DNA of 64,000 bases. It comes from Pseudomonadota bacterium. Lineage in GTDB: Bacteria; Myxococcota_A; UBA9042. The stretch covers positions 3,757 through 67,756 of the forward strand of contig SXRM01000249.1 in the NCBI GenBank assembly GCA_005792545.1. Reading direction: 5' to 3'. Under the pieces are notes generated by a model. The model searched no databases. It was not told the DNA's origin and saw nothing but the letters and a program-made list of their open reading frames with translations. The position numbers were made by a program, and so were the translations under genes. Of the stretch, positions 1-10,500 are shown one piece after another (the stretch's first letter is position 1; each line of letters begins with the position of its first letter).

Positions 1-2713
1 GCTGACCGGTGTAGCTGTCCGCGACTTCCAGGTCCAGCCCGCCGACCCTGCGCCGGTCAGCCAGCGCGCCAACCCGCTGCAGGGCATAGCGTCCGCGGGT
101 CATGGTCGACAGCCGCACGTTGGCAGCGCACAACACATCGTCCAGCAACCCGGCCAGCACAAAGCGCTGCAACGCCAGGTTCTTGGGGTTGTTGCCATTG
201 CAAGTTGCCGCCAGTTCCTTGACGACCAGGTGCCGCGCCTCGAGATCCCCCGCTTGCACCGCCAGATCGGCCAGTGCCTGGGCGGTCTGCTGCAGCTGAC
301 CCCGCTGCGTTTGCAACCGGGCCAACTGTTGCTGCGCGGCGCTGTCCGCGGTTTTGGCGGTGGCGACGACCTGGGTCAGCATGGGCAGGTCGGGTGCCAC
401 GATGCCCGCTGCGCGCTCCGCGGCTTGTGCCGCCATCGCCGCGAGGCTGGTCGCCGCGTCGCGCCATACCTGCGCCAGTTGTTGCTGTTGCGCCAGCGTT
501 TCCACGGAGAGCCGCGCTGCTTGCCACTGCGCATGGCTCGCAAAACCGTGCGCGCCCAGCGTCAAAGCCAGCTCGTTGGCGCAGCGGTTCGACTCAGCGC
601 TGGCATCCTTGGCCGCCACCTCCGCTGCTTGCTGGCGGGCCAGCAGTCCGGCGCTGGCTTCGCCGGCTGCCGTCGCAGCTTGCTGCGCCGTGTCCAGCGC
701 CGCTTGCAGCTGGGCCGCCGCAGTGGTCTTGCTGGTGATGGCCTGCTCCAGCGCTGCCGGACTGCGCAGCGCTTCGGGCACGTCGGTGAGCAAGCTGGCC
801 ACGCGCTCGACCGCGGTCGCTGCCGCCGCCGTCGCTGCGGTGACTGCCGCTTCCAGGCCGGGCGCCGCTTGGCCAAGCCCGTGTAGCGCTGTTTCCGCCG
901 CGGTTACCCGCTCGACGGCAGCGGCCACCTTTGCGGCGGCGGTCTCGGCCTGCTGCACGGCTCGGCGGGCAGCCTGCAGTGCGGCGTCGTCGGCGAGCGC
1001 TGGGTCCAGCGACTCTTCGGCCAGCGCCTGGCTGGCTGCGTCGACCGCTGCCGCTGCGGCATCGACCTGCGCCGCGAGGCGCTGCGCTTTGACCTCACAG
1101 TCGCTGGCCAGGCTGCGCGCTCGCTCGTATTTGCCCTTGGCTTCTTCCAATTGCGCGTCGCTCGGCAGGGCGCCACCGCTGACTGCCGGCTGCGGATGAT
1201 CGCGGCTGCCACACACCGCGCACGGCTCGCCCGCTTGCAAGGTCGCCGCCAGTCGCGCCGCCTGGCCGGTGACCCACGCCTGATGGCACTGGTCATACAG
1301 GCTGAGCAGCGCCCCAGCAGCCTGCCCAGCCTGGGTCAGCGCTGCCGCGGCTTCTGTGTGCTGGCCGTGCAAGCTTGCATGCTTGGCTTGTTCGCTGCCA
1401 ACCGCAGCGGCCAGCCGGCGCACGCGTTCTAGCTTGGCGACGTGGGCCTGCAGGCCCGCGGCCGTGGCAGCAAGGCCTCGCAACGTGTCGACGCTCGCCT
1501 GCAACTTGGGCAACTGGTCTTGCAGGTCAAGCGCGGCGCTGGCGTTGTCCTGTCGGGCCTTTGTCGCGGTTTCCAGGGCCTGCTGCGCGGCTGCGGCAGC
1601 GACCCGGGCCAGGTCGAGCGCGCCGACCTTGTCGCGCATCCCTTCCAGTGTCTTGGCCTGCGCCGTCAAAGCGTCGCGCTGCGGGGCGTTGTCGCGCTGA
1701 TTTTGCAGCTCTGCTTGTGCCGCGGCCAGTTTTGGCAGGGCGACAGCGTAGGCCGCCTTGGCCTTTTGCGCCGAGTTCCCGGCATTGTCGGCCTGCTGCG
1801 CCGCCCTTTGCGCCAGCTGATCGGCCGCAACCACCTGCTGTGCGCGCAGCGCTGCCGCAATGTTGCCCTCACGCAGCTGCTGTTGCGGTCGCGTCTGCTC
1901 GTGGGCCGCCAACTGCTGCGCCGCGCTGGCCGCCTCCTGCAGGCGCTGCGCGTCCGCCTCGCCCGCCTGCAAGGCTGCCTGTGCCGCGCTGCGGGTCGCA
2001 ATTGCGTCGGCCGCGTCGGCGTTCGCCACCAGCAGTCCGGCATCTACGCGCACTACCTGTGCGTCCAGCTCCGCCACGTCTTTGGCGTCAAACTGACCCA
2101 GCAGCGTCTTTCTGCGCTCGTTGAGCAGCTCCGCTTGCTTGCCGAGCGCGCTCTCGCGGCCCTTGAGCTCGAGTTGAATGCTCTCGTACAGCTGGGTCGC
2201 AAACAGCTGCTTAAGGATGTCTTCGCGATCCTTACTGCCCGCGGACAGCAGCTGCCGAAACGCGCCCTGCGGCAGCACCACCACCTGCCGAAACTGCTCG
2301 ACGCTAAAGCCGAGCAGCTTACCGACCTTGTCGTTGACGTCGCCGAGGCGCTGGGCGTCGTCCTGCCAACCTTCGGGCCCAAGCTGCCGCGACAGCCGCG
2401 CCGACTGCGAGACTTCGGCCGTCGGTGGGCGCCGAACCACCTTCCACACGGTTTGGCCCAGAGCGAACTCCAGCGTCACTTCGGTGGGCACGTCTTTGGC
2501 GGCGTGCTGGCTGCGCATCTCGGCGGCCTGGCGCTCGCCACCTGAGGTTTTGCCGAACAACGCCACGCACATGGCGTCGAGGATGGCGGTCTTGCCGGCG
2601 CCGGTCGGCCCACTGATGGTGAACGGCGCTCGCTGCGGCAAGTTTGTGAAGTCAATGCGCTCGACCCCGGCAAACGGGCCAAAGGCTTGGATGGTCATGC
2701 GTAAGGGTCTCAT
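1..2713 (-). CDS. sbcC: SbcC/Rad50-family SMC ATPase (3' end runs off the window)
   Basis: Missing from the ORF track because it has no stop in the window. Manual translation from ATG 2713: MRPLRMTIQAFGPFAG...ISGPTGAGKTAILDAMCVALFG (Walker A), LPQGAF Q-loop, long Ala/Gln coiled coil, GEPCAVCGS zinc hook near 1200-1235. ATGA overlap with the sbcD stop. Confidence 0.95.
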   Translation of the reverse strand, partial: MRPLRMTIQAFGPFAGVERIDFTNLPQRAPFTISGPTGAGKTAILDAMCVALFGKTSGGERQAAEMRSQHAAKDVPTEVTLEFALGQTVWKVVRRPPTAEVSQSARLSRQLGPEGWQDDAQRLGDVNDKVGKLLGFSVEQFRQVVVLPQGAFRQLLSAGSKDREDILKQLFATQLYESIQLELKGRESALGKQAELLNERRKTLLGQFDAKDVAELDAQVVRVDAGLLVANADAADAIATRSAAQAALQAGEADAQRLQEAASAAQQLAAHEQTRPQQQLREGNIAAALRAQQVVAADQLAQRAAQQADNAGNSAQKAKAAYAVALPKLAAAQAELQNQRDNAPQRDALTAQAKTLEGMRDKVGALDLARVAAAAAQQALETATKARQDNASAALDLQDQLPKLQASVDTLRGLAATAAGLQAHVAKLERVRRLAAAVGSEQAKHASLHGQHTEAAAALTQAGQAAGALLSLYDQCHQAWVTGQAARLAATLQAGEPCAVCGSRDHPQPAVSGGALPSDAQLEEAKGKYERARSLASDCEVKAQRLAAQVDAAAAAVDAASQALAEESLDPALADDAALQAARRAVQQAETAAAKVAAAVERVTAAETALHGLGQAAPGLEAAVTAATAAAATAVERVASLLTDVPEALRSPAALEQAITSKTTAAAQLQAALDTAQQAATAAGEASAGLLARQQAAEVAAKDASAESNRCANELALTLGAHGFASHAQWQAARLSVETLAQQQQLAQVWRDAATSLAAMAAQAAERAAGIVAPDLPMLTQVVATAKTADSAAQQQLARLQTQRGQLQQTAQALADLAVQAGDLEARHLVVKELAATCNGNNPKNLALQRFVLAGLLDDVLCAANVRLSTMTRGRYALQRVGALADRRRVGGLDLEVADSYTGQ

Positions 2714-3927
2714 CGGGCACCTCGAGCGTCGGCAATCAGCTTGTCCACCAGCGGCGCGGCTACGACCCGCGCCGGATCGGGCAAAGGCACGCCGTGCACC
2801 GCCACCCAGAAGTCGCCCAGGACGTCGATCGGCTGTCGCTGGCGGTGGTCGCCGCGCAGCAACTCGCCGCTGCCGCCCTCCAGCTGGGGCCGGGCGATGT
2901 GCAGCGCGTTGGGGTAGCCTTGCCGCAACTGTCCCATCGGATCCAGCAGCACCCCGGCGTCGGTCAGCGTCGCCCACACCAGGTCGTCGCGGTGGGGGTC
3001 GCGCTTGCCTTGTTCCACCAGATCGGCCAACAACCCTTCGATCTTGCGCAGGGGGCGCACGGGCACCATCGACAATTCCGTCACGTCGACACTGCCGTCG
3101 CTACTCAGTGCCACCAGCGAGGCCGAGCGCGGCTGATCCGCTTCGGCAAACGAGTATTGCAGCAGCGAGCCGCTGTAGCGGATGCGCCGACTGCCAGCCA
3201 CCCACTGTGGCTGGTGCAAGTGGCCGAGGGCGGCGTAGTCAAACCCTTCGAAAGCCTGCGGATCGATGACGGCCGTGCCACCGACTGCCAGCGGTCGCTC
3301 GGACTCGCTGTATTCGTCGCCACTATTGTTGGCGACCCGGCCGCCTTGCACGAAACCGTGGGCGATGGCCACCGTGCGGTCGCCGGGTGGCACCTGGTCC
3401 AGCAGATGGCGCGCCTGCAGGGCCAGCGCAGCCGCGTGGTCGCGCACAGTGGCCCCGCCCGCGGCCGGATCCGCCTCGCCTACGCCGGCTTGTGCGCGCA
3501 CGGTCGTCGGCTCGGCGTAGGGCATCGGGCACAGCGACACCCACCAGCCGCCGGCGTCCAGCCGTACGGGCGCTGCGCGCAGGTCCACCGGACCGCGCAC
3601 GGTCAGGCCGCAACCGCCGAGCAGCGCTGCGCCAAACCCCAGCCGCTCAGGCCCGTCGTGGTTGCCGGCGATGAGCACGACTGGCGTCTGCAGGCGCTGC
3701 ACGATGGCCGTCAGCGTTTCATCGAGCAGCTGCACCGCGTCGGCCGCGGGCACCGATCGGTCGTAGATGTCGCCAGCGATGACAACGACGTTGGGTCGAT
3801 GGGCCTCGATGTGGGCAAGTAGCTGTTGCAGCACATGGCGCTGGTCGTCCAGCAGGGGCAGGCCGAGCAGGGTCTTGCCGATGTGCCAGTCGGCGGTGTG
3901 TAGGATTCTAAAATGCTTGTCGGACAT
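2710..3927 (-). CDS. sbcD: Exonuclease SbcD (Mre11-like metallophosphoesterase)
   Basis: HTADWHIG, AGDIYD, AGNHD, ALGHLH and YSGS motifs. Start placed at MSDKHF (3927). Confidence 0.96.
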   Translation of the reverse strand: MSDKHFRILHTADWHIGKTLLGLPLLDDQRHVLQQLLAHIEAHRPNVVVIAGDIYDRSVPAADAVQLLDETLTAIVQRLQTPVVLIAGNHDGPERLGFGAALLGGCGLTVRGPVDLRAAPVRLDAGGWWVSLCPMPYAEPTTVRAQAGVGEADPAAGGATVRDHAAALALQARHLLDQVPPGDRTVAIAHGFVQGGRVANNSGDEYSESERPLAVGGTAVIDPQAFEGFDYAALGHLHQPQWVAGSRRIRYSGSLLQYSFAEADQPRSASLVALSSDGSVDVTELSMVPVRPLRKIEGLLADLVEQGKRDPHRDDLVWATLTDAGVLLDPMGQLRQGYPNALHIARPQLEGGSGELLRGDHRQRQPIDVLGDFWVAVHGVPLPDPARVVAAPLVDKLIADARGAR

Positions 3928-4076
3928 GTGGTTAGCCTCAGTCGCGTGGCGCAATCCTAGCAGACTCGGGGTCAAGCCAAAACGTCGCCAGTCGGCAACT
4001 CCGTCGCAAAGCGACATGGCACGTCGCTCCCGCGAGACGTGCGCCAGCCTGCCGCCAGGCTGCGGCGAGCGGGAAT

Positions 4077-4247
4077 GGCTTGGACTATGACTGCGCCAGC
4101 GGCAAAAGCCGGTGCGACCCCACCCAGGCGCTGCCGCTGTTTGCCTGCGCAGTGCGCGAGGGTGGCGTGTGGGTAGAACTTGCCGCTGTGCAGCGCTGGC
4201 GCGCCGCGGCGCCCATGGACTTTTACGAAGACGAGTTGGACCCTTAG
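4077..4247 (+). pseudogene. Possible C-terminal remnant of a Rieske-type ferredoxin gene
   Basis: GLDYDCASGKSRCDPTQALPLFACAVREGGVWVEL resembles the GxxFDxxTG...P...L..F.V.V..G.VWV tail of Rieske ferredoxins. The CxH and CxxH ligands are absent. Confidence 0.35.
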
Positions 4248-4361
4248 CCATTGGCCGGGCCTGCGCGCGCATCCCCGGGCTGCAGGGGCAGCGTTTCACG
4301 GTCTGAGTGCCATTGCGCGTTGAGGCGCTGGCGGCTTGGCACCCATGTGTTGGAGGTCCGC

Positions 4362-4742
4362 ATGAACATTGGCATTGGCAACTTGTTGTTGGGCCTGGGC
4401 TGCTTCAAGGCCGTCGTCGGCCTCGCCGTGTACTGGGACGCTCTGCGCGCCGTCGCTCAGCCTGGCGGTTGGCCCATTGCTGACCAGAGTGTCGGGGCCG
4501 CAGCGCTGTGGTTCCTGGTCGCCGCCGGCCTGTTGGTGGCGCTGGGCCTGTCGGTGCGCAGCCTCGAACAGCGGGGCGGCATGCCGACGGCGGCGTTCGG
4601 GTGGTTCCTGGCCGCGGTGGCGTTGGGCGCAGTGGCGCTCATGCCAGCCAACGGGGCGTGGCTGATCTTTCCGATTGCGGCGCTGGTCGTGGTGCGTGCG
4701 CGGGGGCGCGAGGGGCAGGACCGCACCGCTGCGGCAGATTAG
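4362..4742 (+). CDS. Small integral membrane protein, unknown function
   Basis: GGAGG upstream of ATG 4362; about four hydrophobic segments. Confidence 0.7.
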   Translation: MNIGIGNLLLGLGCFKAVVGLAVYWDALRAVAQPGGWPIADQSVGAAALWFLVAAGLLVALGLSVRSLEQRGGMPTAAFGWFLAAVALGAVALMPANGAWLIFPIAALVVVRARGREGQDRTAAAD

Positions 4743-4761
4743 GCGCGAAGTGCTCCACCGG

Positions 4762-5103
4762 CTACGGCTCGCCCCGGCCATACACGGTCCACTGGCCAAC
4801 GTAAGCCGGATCGACCACCACTTCGCCCGTACTGCGCAGCCGATACTCGCCCGGCGAAGCTGCGCTGAACACCGCGGTATCAGGCGGGTACCAGCGCTCG
4901 CTGCCAGCGTGAACACCGCCCAACTGCACACAAATCCCTTGCTCGGGGTCGAGCGAGCGCACCGTGCCCCAGTACTGCGCGTGACCGAGCAGCTTGCCCG
5001 CGCGGTCGACGTACGTCTCGCCCAGCAGCACGACCTGGCCCAGCAACTGCTCCGCCATGGCCACGTCAAAGCGCAAGGCGTCTGGACTTTGAGCGTCGCG
5101 CAC
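4762..5103 (-). CDS. Conserved hypothetical protein
   Basis: 113-aa ORF with normal composition and a conserved-looking PPD...PGEYRLRSTGEVVVDP tail. Confidence 0.7.
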   Translation of the reverse strand: MRDAQSPDALRFDVAMAEQLLGQVVLLGETYVDRAGKLLGHAQYWGTVRSLDPEQGICVQLGGVHAGSERWYPPDTAVFSAASPGEYRLRSTGEVVVDPAYVGQWTVYGRGEP

Positions 5104-5105
5104 CG

Positions 5106-5225
5106 CTACCTCACCAGCACCTGCCCGAAGCCCTTGGCGTCGCAGTCGCCGTTATCGGCGCCGCAGCTGCCTGACTTGTAGGTGTCGATCTCGCTGCAGT
5201 TGTTACCGCCGTCGCAGGCCAAGCC
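5106..5225 (-). pseudogene. Degenerate orphan Cys-rich repeat fragment
   Basis: ACDGGNNCSEIDTYKSGSCG matches the window-wide CDDGNxCTxxDxCxxGxC repeat, with D>G and C>Y changes and no surrounding gene. Confidence 0.5.
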
Positions 5226-5361
5226 GTCTGCTACCGCCTCGACCGCGGCCTGCACAACGCGGAGCCCGGCGGCGTGGACTTGATCATACCTCCGCCACCT
5301 CCTTGACCGCCACCAGCGCGCCAAGCAGGATGCGCCCGCGGCATCAACGAGGAGCTGGCAA

Positions 5362-6468
5362 GTGCAGATCTTTTTGGCCATGTTGCTGGCGGCTGGCCTG
5401 TTGACGGCAATTGGCGTGCTGTACAACCGTCTGGGGCCCGTGTGGAGCGGGGCGCGCCGCGGCACCCAACAAGCGCCCTGGTTTCGCAAAGTGGACCGCT
5501 TTCTGTGGCAAGCCAGTTGCTATCGCTTGGGGGTGGACGCACCGGCCGACTTCGAGTTCAGCCTGGTGACCGAGTGGCCGCTGGACCGCTACGCCAAAGC
5601 TCGCGGCTGGGCGTTCGAGGACCAGATCGGCATCAGTGAGTTCGACGAAAAAGTCTACATCGTTGCCGACGATCCACGCGTTGCCGAGGCCCTTGGCAGG
5701 GTGCCCGAAGCTGCGCGAATGCTCGCCAAAGCAATGGAGTCCGTTGCAGCCGACCAGCGGGTGAGCGAGGTGCACTGCCGCAACGGCCGGCTCTGGATCG
5801 AAGTGGACCTGGGCAAAAGCGACACGGTGGCTGAGATCGAAGGCGACCCGCAACAGCGCCTGCGGCCGCTGCGGCAAATCGCGGAGAGCCTGGCGCGCGT
5901 CGGCACTGCGCAATCTCGGCCGCACAAGGCCGGGGCCGCCAAGCGGCACGCCGTCGTCGATGCCCTGGTGTGGGCCATGCTGGTCAGCGGTAGCGTGGCA
6001 ACATTGTGGTTTTCGCTGGATCTCCTGCCGGGGATGGCCAACGCAACGACGATCTGGGTCCGCGCCGCGTGGATCGCGCCGCTGTTGACGGCCCTTGGCG
6101 TCGTCGGCGCGGGGAGTTGGCTTGGCCGATCCGCGCGGCGCTTTGCCGCCGCCAAGTTCGTCGTGTTCGCCGGCGGTCCGGCCGCTTTTTTCTGGGCCAG
6201 CGGCGGAGCCAGCGTCGTCAACATTGCGCTAGACGACGGCCTGGGGCAGCAGGTCGAGATGCGGTTGGTCGATGCCTGGACAAGGTCTGTAAAATCAAGG
6301 GGCTATCCGGTGATTCGCCTGGCGGGCGCCGCGCCTGACACCGCCACGCCCATTGGGATCGATGTCGAACACCTGCCGATTACCCCGGTCGGCACGCGCT
6401 ACACGGTCAGGGTCCACGCTGGCGCGCTCGGCTGGCCGTGGGTGGATGCCGTCGCGCCGACGGATTGA
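5362..6468 (+). CDS. Membrane protein, unknown function
   Basis: GAGGAG RBS before GTG; N-terminal hydrophobic segment and three more TM-like segments. Confidence 0.75.
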   Translation: MQIFLAMLLAAGLLTAIGVLYNRLGPVWSGARRGTQQAPWFRKVDRFLWQASCYRLGVDAPADFEFSLVTEWPLDRYAKARGWAFEDQIGISEFDEKVYIVADDPRVAEALGRVPEAARMLAKAMESVAADQRVSEVHCRNGRLWIEVDLGKSDTVAEIEGDPQQRLRPLRQIAESLARVGTAQSRPHKAGAAKRHAVVDALVWAMLVSGSVATLWFSLDLLPGMANATTIWVRAAWIAPLLTALGVVGAGSWLGRSARRFAAAKFVVFAGGPAAFFWASGGASVVNIALDDGLGQQVEMRLVDAWTRSVKSRGYPVIRLAGAAPDTATPIGIDVEHLPITPVGTRYTVRVHAGALGWPWVDAVAPTD

Positions 6469-6630
6469 GAGCTTGTGTCCAAAACAACGCCGACTACGGC
6501 TCCCGCGTCGATGGGGGCGCACGACTCAGCGACCCCACCATGCACCGTTGTCGGCCCCATTCCTCCTTGCGGCACACCGCGAGTGCGCCTCCGTCGTCAT
6601 AGGGCTTCCGCCTGACCTTGCGGGCGCCTG
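6467..6630. repeat. Imperfect nested palindrome (REP/MITE-like remnant)
   Basis: Nested arms GGCTCCCGC/GCGGGCGCC, GCCCCAT/ATAGGGC and GGCACAC/GTGCGCC. Begins with GAGCTTGTGTCCAAAA right at the upstream stop. Single copy in the window. Confidence 0.3.
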
Positions 6631-6806
6631 ATTCCGCTCGCGAAGACCAATACGTCAATACCCTCAAATGCCGCTGCGGGATCGCCAGCCCCAGGATCGG
6701 CCGCATGGCGCGGACAGGCCCCGGGGTCAGGCCCAGCTAAGAACAGGTCCAATCTGGCGCACTTGCGCAATGGACGCGTGCCGCGCCGCTTGCTCGGATT
6801 CGTCGC

Positions 6807-6833
6807 GAGGCAGATTCTGCCTCATGGTGAGGC
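6807..6833 (+). promoter_or_regulatory. Putative vapBC autoregulatory operator
   Basis: Perfect inverted repeat GAGGCAGA-T-TCTGCCTC (6807-6823) overlapping GCCTCA-TGG-TGAGGC (6819-6833), just upstream of an RHH antitoxin ATG. Confidence 0.6.
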
Positions 6834-6838
6834 GGTCG

Positions 6839-7108
6839 ATGGCCATACCTCAATTGACCGTGCGCGGAGTGGACGATGAACTGGCGGACCTCCTGCGCCG
6901 ACACGCCGACTCTACCGGCATGTCGCTGAGTCAGGCGGCGCTCGACCTGTTGCGGCGGGGCGCTGGCCTTGCTTCCAAGCCAGTCGCCAGCCAGACCATC
7001 GGCCACTCCTTGGACCCCTGGTTTGGGACGTGGAGCGAGCAAGAAGCCAGCGCCGTTGCGCAGGCCGTCGCGGACTTTTCGACCGTCGACCCGGAGCTTT
7101 GGCGATGA
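6839..7108 (+). CDS. FitA/VapB-like ribbon-helix-helix antitoxin
   Basis: QLTVRGVDDELADLLRRHA...SLSQAALDLLRRG RHH pattern; acidic tail; ATGA overlap with the PIN toxin. Confidence 0.85.
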   Translation: MAIPQLTVRGVDDELADLLRRHADSTGMSLSQAALDLLRRGAGLASKPVASQTIGHSLDPWFGTWSEQEASAVAQAVADFSTVDPELWR

Positions 7109-7500
7109 GGTTGCTGCTCGACACCAACGCCTACACCGCCATGAAGCGCGGCCATCCACAGGTCACCGGCCAGATTCGCGCGGCGACCGCGCTATGCCTG
7201 TCGACCATCGTCGTTGGCGAATTGCTGCACGGCTTTCGCAATGGCCCGCGCTACGACGCCAATGTCGCGGAACTGCAGGCGTTGCTCGACCATCCGCTGT
7301 GCGCCCTGGTTGGCGTCGACTGGGACACCGCCGTTCACTTCGCCCGCATTGCGGCAGACTTGCGCCGCATCGGGCGGCCAATCGCCAGCAATGACATTTG
7401 GATTGCCGCCCAATGCTGGCAGACTGGCGCCACGCTGCTGACAAGCGACGGCGACTTTGCCCACATTGCAGGGCTGGCGTGGCAGCGATTCACGGTCTGA
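7105..7500 (+). CDS. vapC: VapC PIN-domain RNase toxin
   Basis: LLLDTN, VVGELLHG, NDIWIAA and LLTSDGDF PIN motifs; 131 aa. Confidence 0.93.
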   Translation: MRLLLDTNAYTAMKRGHPQVTGQIRAATALCLSTIVVGELLHGFRNGPRYDANVAELQALLDHPLCALVGVDWDTAVHFARIAADLRRIGRPIASNDIWIAAQCWQTGATLLTSDGDFAHIAGLAWQRFTV

Positions 7501-7556
7501 CAGCGGTGCCAGCAAAGCTCGATTCTGGTCGGATCCCAGCGTTGCAATCCTGCTGC

Positions 7557-10500
7557 CTACTTACAAACCGGCTTGCTCACCATCAACGAGTACCCATCCG
7601 TGCTCGCCGACGGCGTGCCCTGGGCATACGGGCTGTTGACCACCTTGGCCCCATCGGGTGGCGTGTCCGGGCAGGTCGTCGCCGCCACGCACGTGCAACT
7701 TTGCAGGTTGGCATCGCAGTTGTGCTGCACGATCGGCGCATCGACCCACTCGTTGTAGTTCAGGTCCAGCTTTTGACCGGAGTTGTTCCAGACCTGGTAG
7801 CCGTCGGGGCAGTTCTCGGGCGTGCAGCAATTGCCGGGTTCGGCTTTGCTATTGCAGTAGAATTTGTTGTGCTTGGTGGTGGCGCTCGCGACTCCGTTGA
7901 GCGTCACCGGCGCCGCGCCTGAGGCCAACGCCGACCGATACACCAGACCCCAGTGGCTGTTGCGGATGATGTTGGTGTTGCCGCTCAGCTTGCCCGCTTC
8001 GACGTAGACGCCCGCGCAGCCGGCGTTGCGGATGTGGCTGCTCGACAGGCTGACCTGTGGGTTGTTGACCGAGTACGCCGGGTTGTTGCGTAACGCAATG
8101 GTGTCGCCGAGCGTGCAGCCGGCGACCAGACCCGACAGCGTCACCACCGCGTTGCTGTCGGCGCGCAGGCCTTCGGTCAGGACCTTGTTGCCACACGCTG
8201 TTCCTGTGGACGTCGAACTGATGCCGAAGTACGAACTGGTGGTCGGCGTGAACACGCAGTTGGTGCTGGCCCAGATGCCGATCGAGCCCTTGCCGGTGAC
8301 GCGAAAGTACGCGCCGGCGGTGCTCTGGGCGGTGCCGCTGTCGGTCCGGCATAACATGCCGATGTCGTTGCCGTCGAGCCAGACCTCGTAGCCGGTGCTG
8401 CTGCCGTACATGACCTTGCCGCCGTCGACCCGCAACCCAATGCTGCCGCCGACCAGGTGGACGCCGCCGAAATACGGCTCCAGCGTGCCGCGCACGCGGG
8501 CACCTACTGCGGCGCCGACGACCTCGACGTCGTGCAGGCGAACCAGTGTCCCGGCCGGCACATCGACGCCGATCGACGGCTTGGCCGATGCGCCGGTACA
8601 GCCGCCAAATCGAAGGCTGGTCACATAATGCAGCGCGCTGCCCTGGGCGGTGAGCGTCGTCAGCCCGGTCTTGCCGGGAAAGCACGGTGTGCCCGAGATG
8701 TGAGCCAGCTGCACGCCGTGACGCAGCACGATCGGGTAGGTCTCTTTGAGCGACATCGTGCTGGCCGCATCGCCGGTGACCAGGATCTTCCAGCCGACCT
8801 TGTCGGTCTGCGCGTCGAGCACCGCCAGCGCCTGCGCGACGGTGTTGCAGTAGCCGCCGAGCGTGCTGGCGTTCTTGGTGCGGCCGCAGCACAGGTTGTC
8901 GGTGCCGACCGCCAGGCTGCCGCTGACATAGATGGTCTTGCCGGCCGGAAAGGCCGGGCAACTGGTGCACACGCCCGTCGCCATCACTTTGCCGGTGCCG
9001 CAGCTGCACACGCCCGCCTTGCAGGTGCCGGTGTTGGCGCCGCAGGCAGTACCCTCGCTGTTCAGTTTGGGCGTGCCAAACACGCAGGCCTTGCTGCCGC
9101 CCTTGCAGCCTTCGAAGCCCTGCGCGCAGCTGTCTTCGTAGTCGCACAGCATGTCGCCAAGCGGCCCGTCTTTGGATGGCACGGCATTGCAGCCGCCGAG
9201 CGCCGGGTCGCAGGCGTCCGTCGTGCACGGGTTGCCGTCGTCGCAGACCTTGGCGACGCTGCTGCACTTGCCGGTGCCCGATTCGCACTGGTCGTCGGTG
9301 CACACGGCGCCGTCGTCGCACTTGGCCTTGCCCTTGCAGGTGCCGCTGGCGCAAGCGTCGAACACCGAGCAGATGTTGCCATCGTCGCACGGCGGGCTGC
9401 CGACCGCAGGCAAGGGCTGGCACACGCCGTTGCTGCACTTGTCGTCGGTACACACGTTGCCGTCGTTGCAGTTCTTGGCAGTGCCGCCGCAGGTGCCTTT
9501 GGTACAAGCGTCGCTCTCGGTGCATGCGTTGTTGTCGCTGCAGGTTGCGCCATCGGCCATCGGCACGAACTGGCACAGCGCGGTCTTGGGGTCGCACACA
9601 TCAAGGGTGCAGGGGTTGTTGTCGGTGCACGCCTTTTTGGCGCCAGGCAGGCAGGTGCCGTTGGTGCACTTGTCGCCGGCGGTGCACAAGTCGCCGTCGG
9701 CGTCGCAGGTGTTGCTGTTGTACGCATGCTGGCAGCCCTGAATGGTGTTGCAAGTATCGTTGGTGCATGGGTTCTTGTCGTCGCAACTCAGGCTGCCCAG
9801 GGGCTTACACTGCCCCGATACACACTTGTCGTCCGGCGTGCACTTGCTGTTGTCGGCGTTGCAAGTGCCGCCTTCATTGACGTTGGTGGGTGCGCACTTG
9901 GCCAGTTTGGGGTCGCAGGCGACCTGCACGCACGGGGTGCTGCCGGTGCAGGTGATGACCGACCCGGGCTTGGTCTTGCAGCTGTAGGGCGCGACCGCCT
10001 TGTCGCAAAAGAGCGTGCCATTGCACGGATTGCCGGTGTTGCCGGCGGCGCAATCGGCGTCGGTATTGCACTTGCAGATGTCGCTGCCGCCTTTGCAACT
10101 GCCGGCGGCGCAGGTGTCCTTGACCGTGCAGGCGTTGTTGTCATCGCAGGCCAGCGTGTTGTTGGCGTGCACGCAGCCGGTCTTGCTGTCGCAGCTGTCG
10201 TCGGTGCACGGGTTGCTGTCGTCGCAGCCGTCTTTGGCTTTGGCGGTGCCGGCGCAGACTTTGTCTTTGCAGGTATCGTTGTCGCTGCAGGCGTTGCCGT
10301 CGTCGCACGGGCCGCCCGTCGGCGCATTGACGCAGCCGCTCTTGGCGTCGCAGTTGTCGACCGTGCACGCGTTCTTGTCGTCGCAGACCACCACCTGGCC
10401 CTGACACGCGCCGTCTTTGCAGGTGTCGCCTGCCGTGCACACCGTGCCGTCGCTGCACGCCGCCGTGTTGAACGGATACGCGCACTTGCCGATCTTGGCG

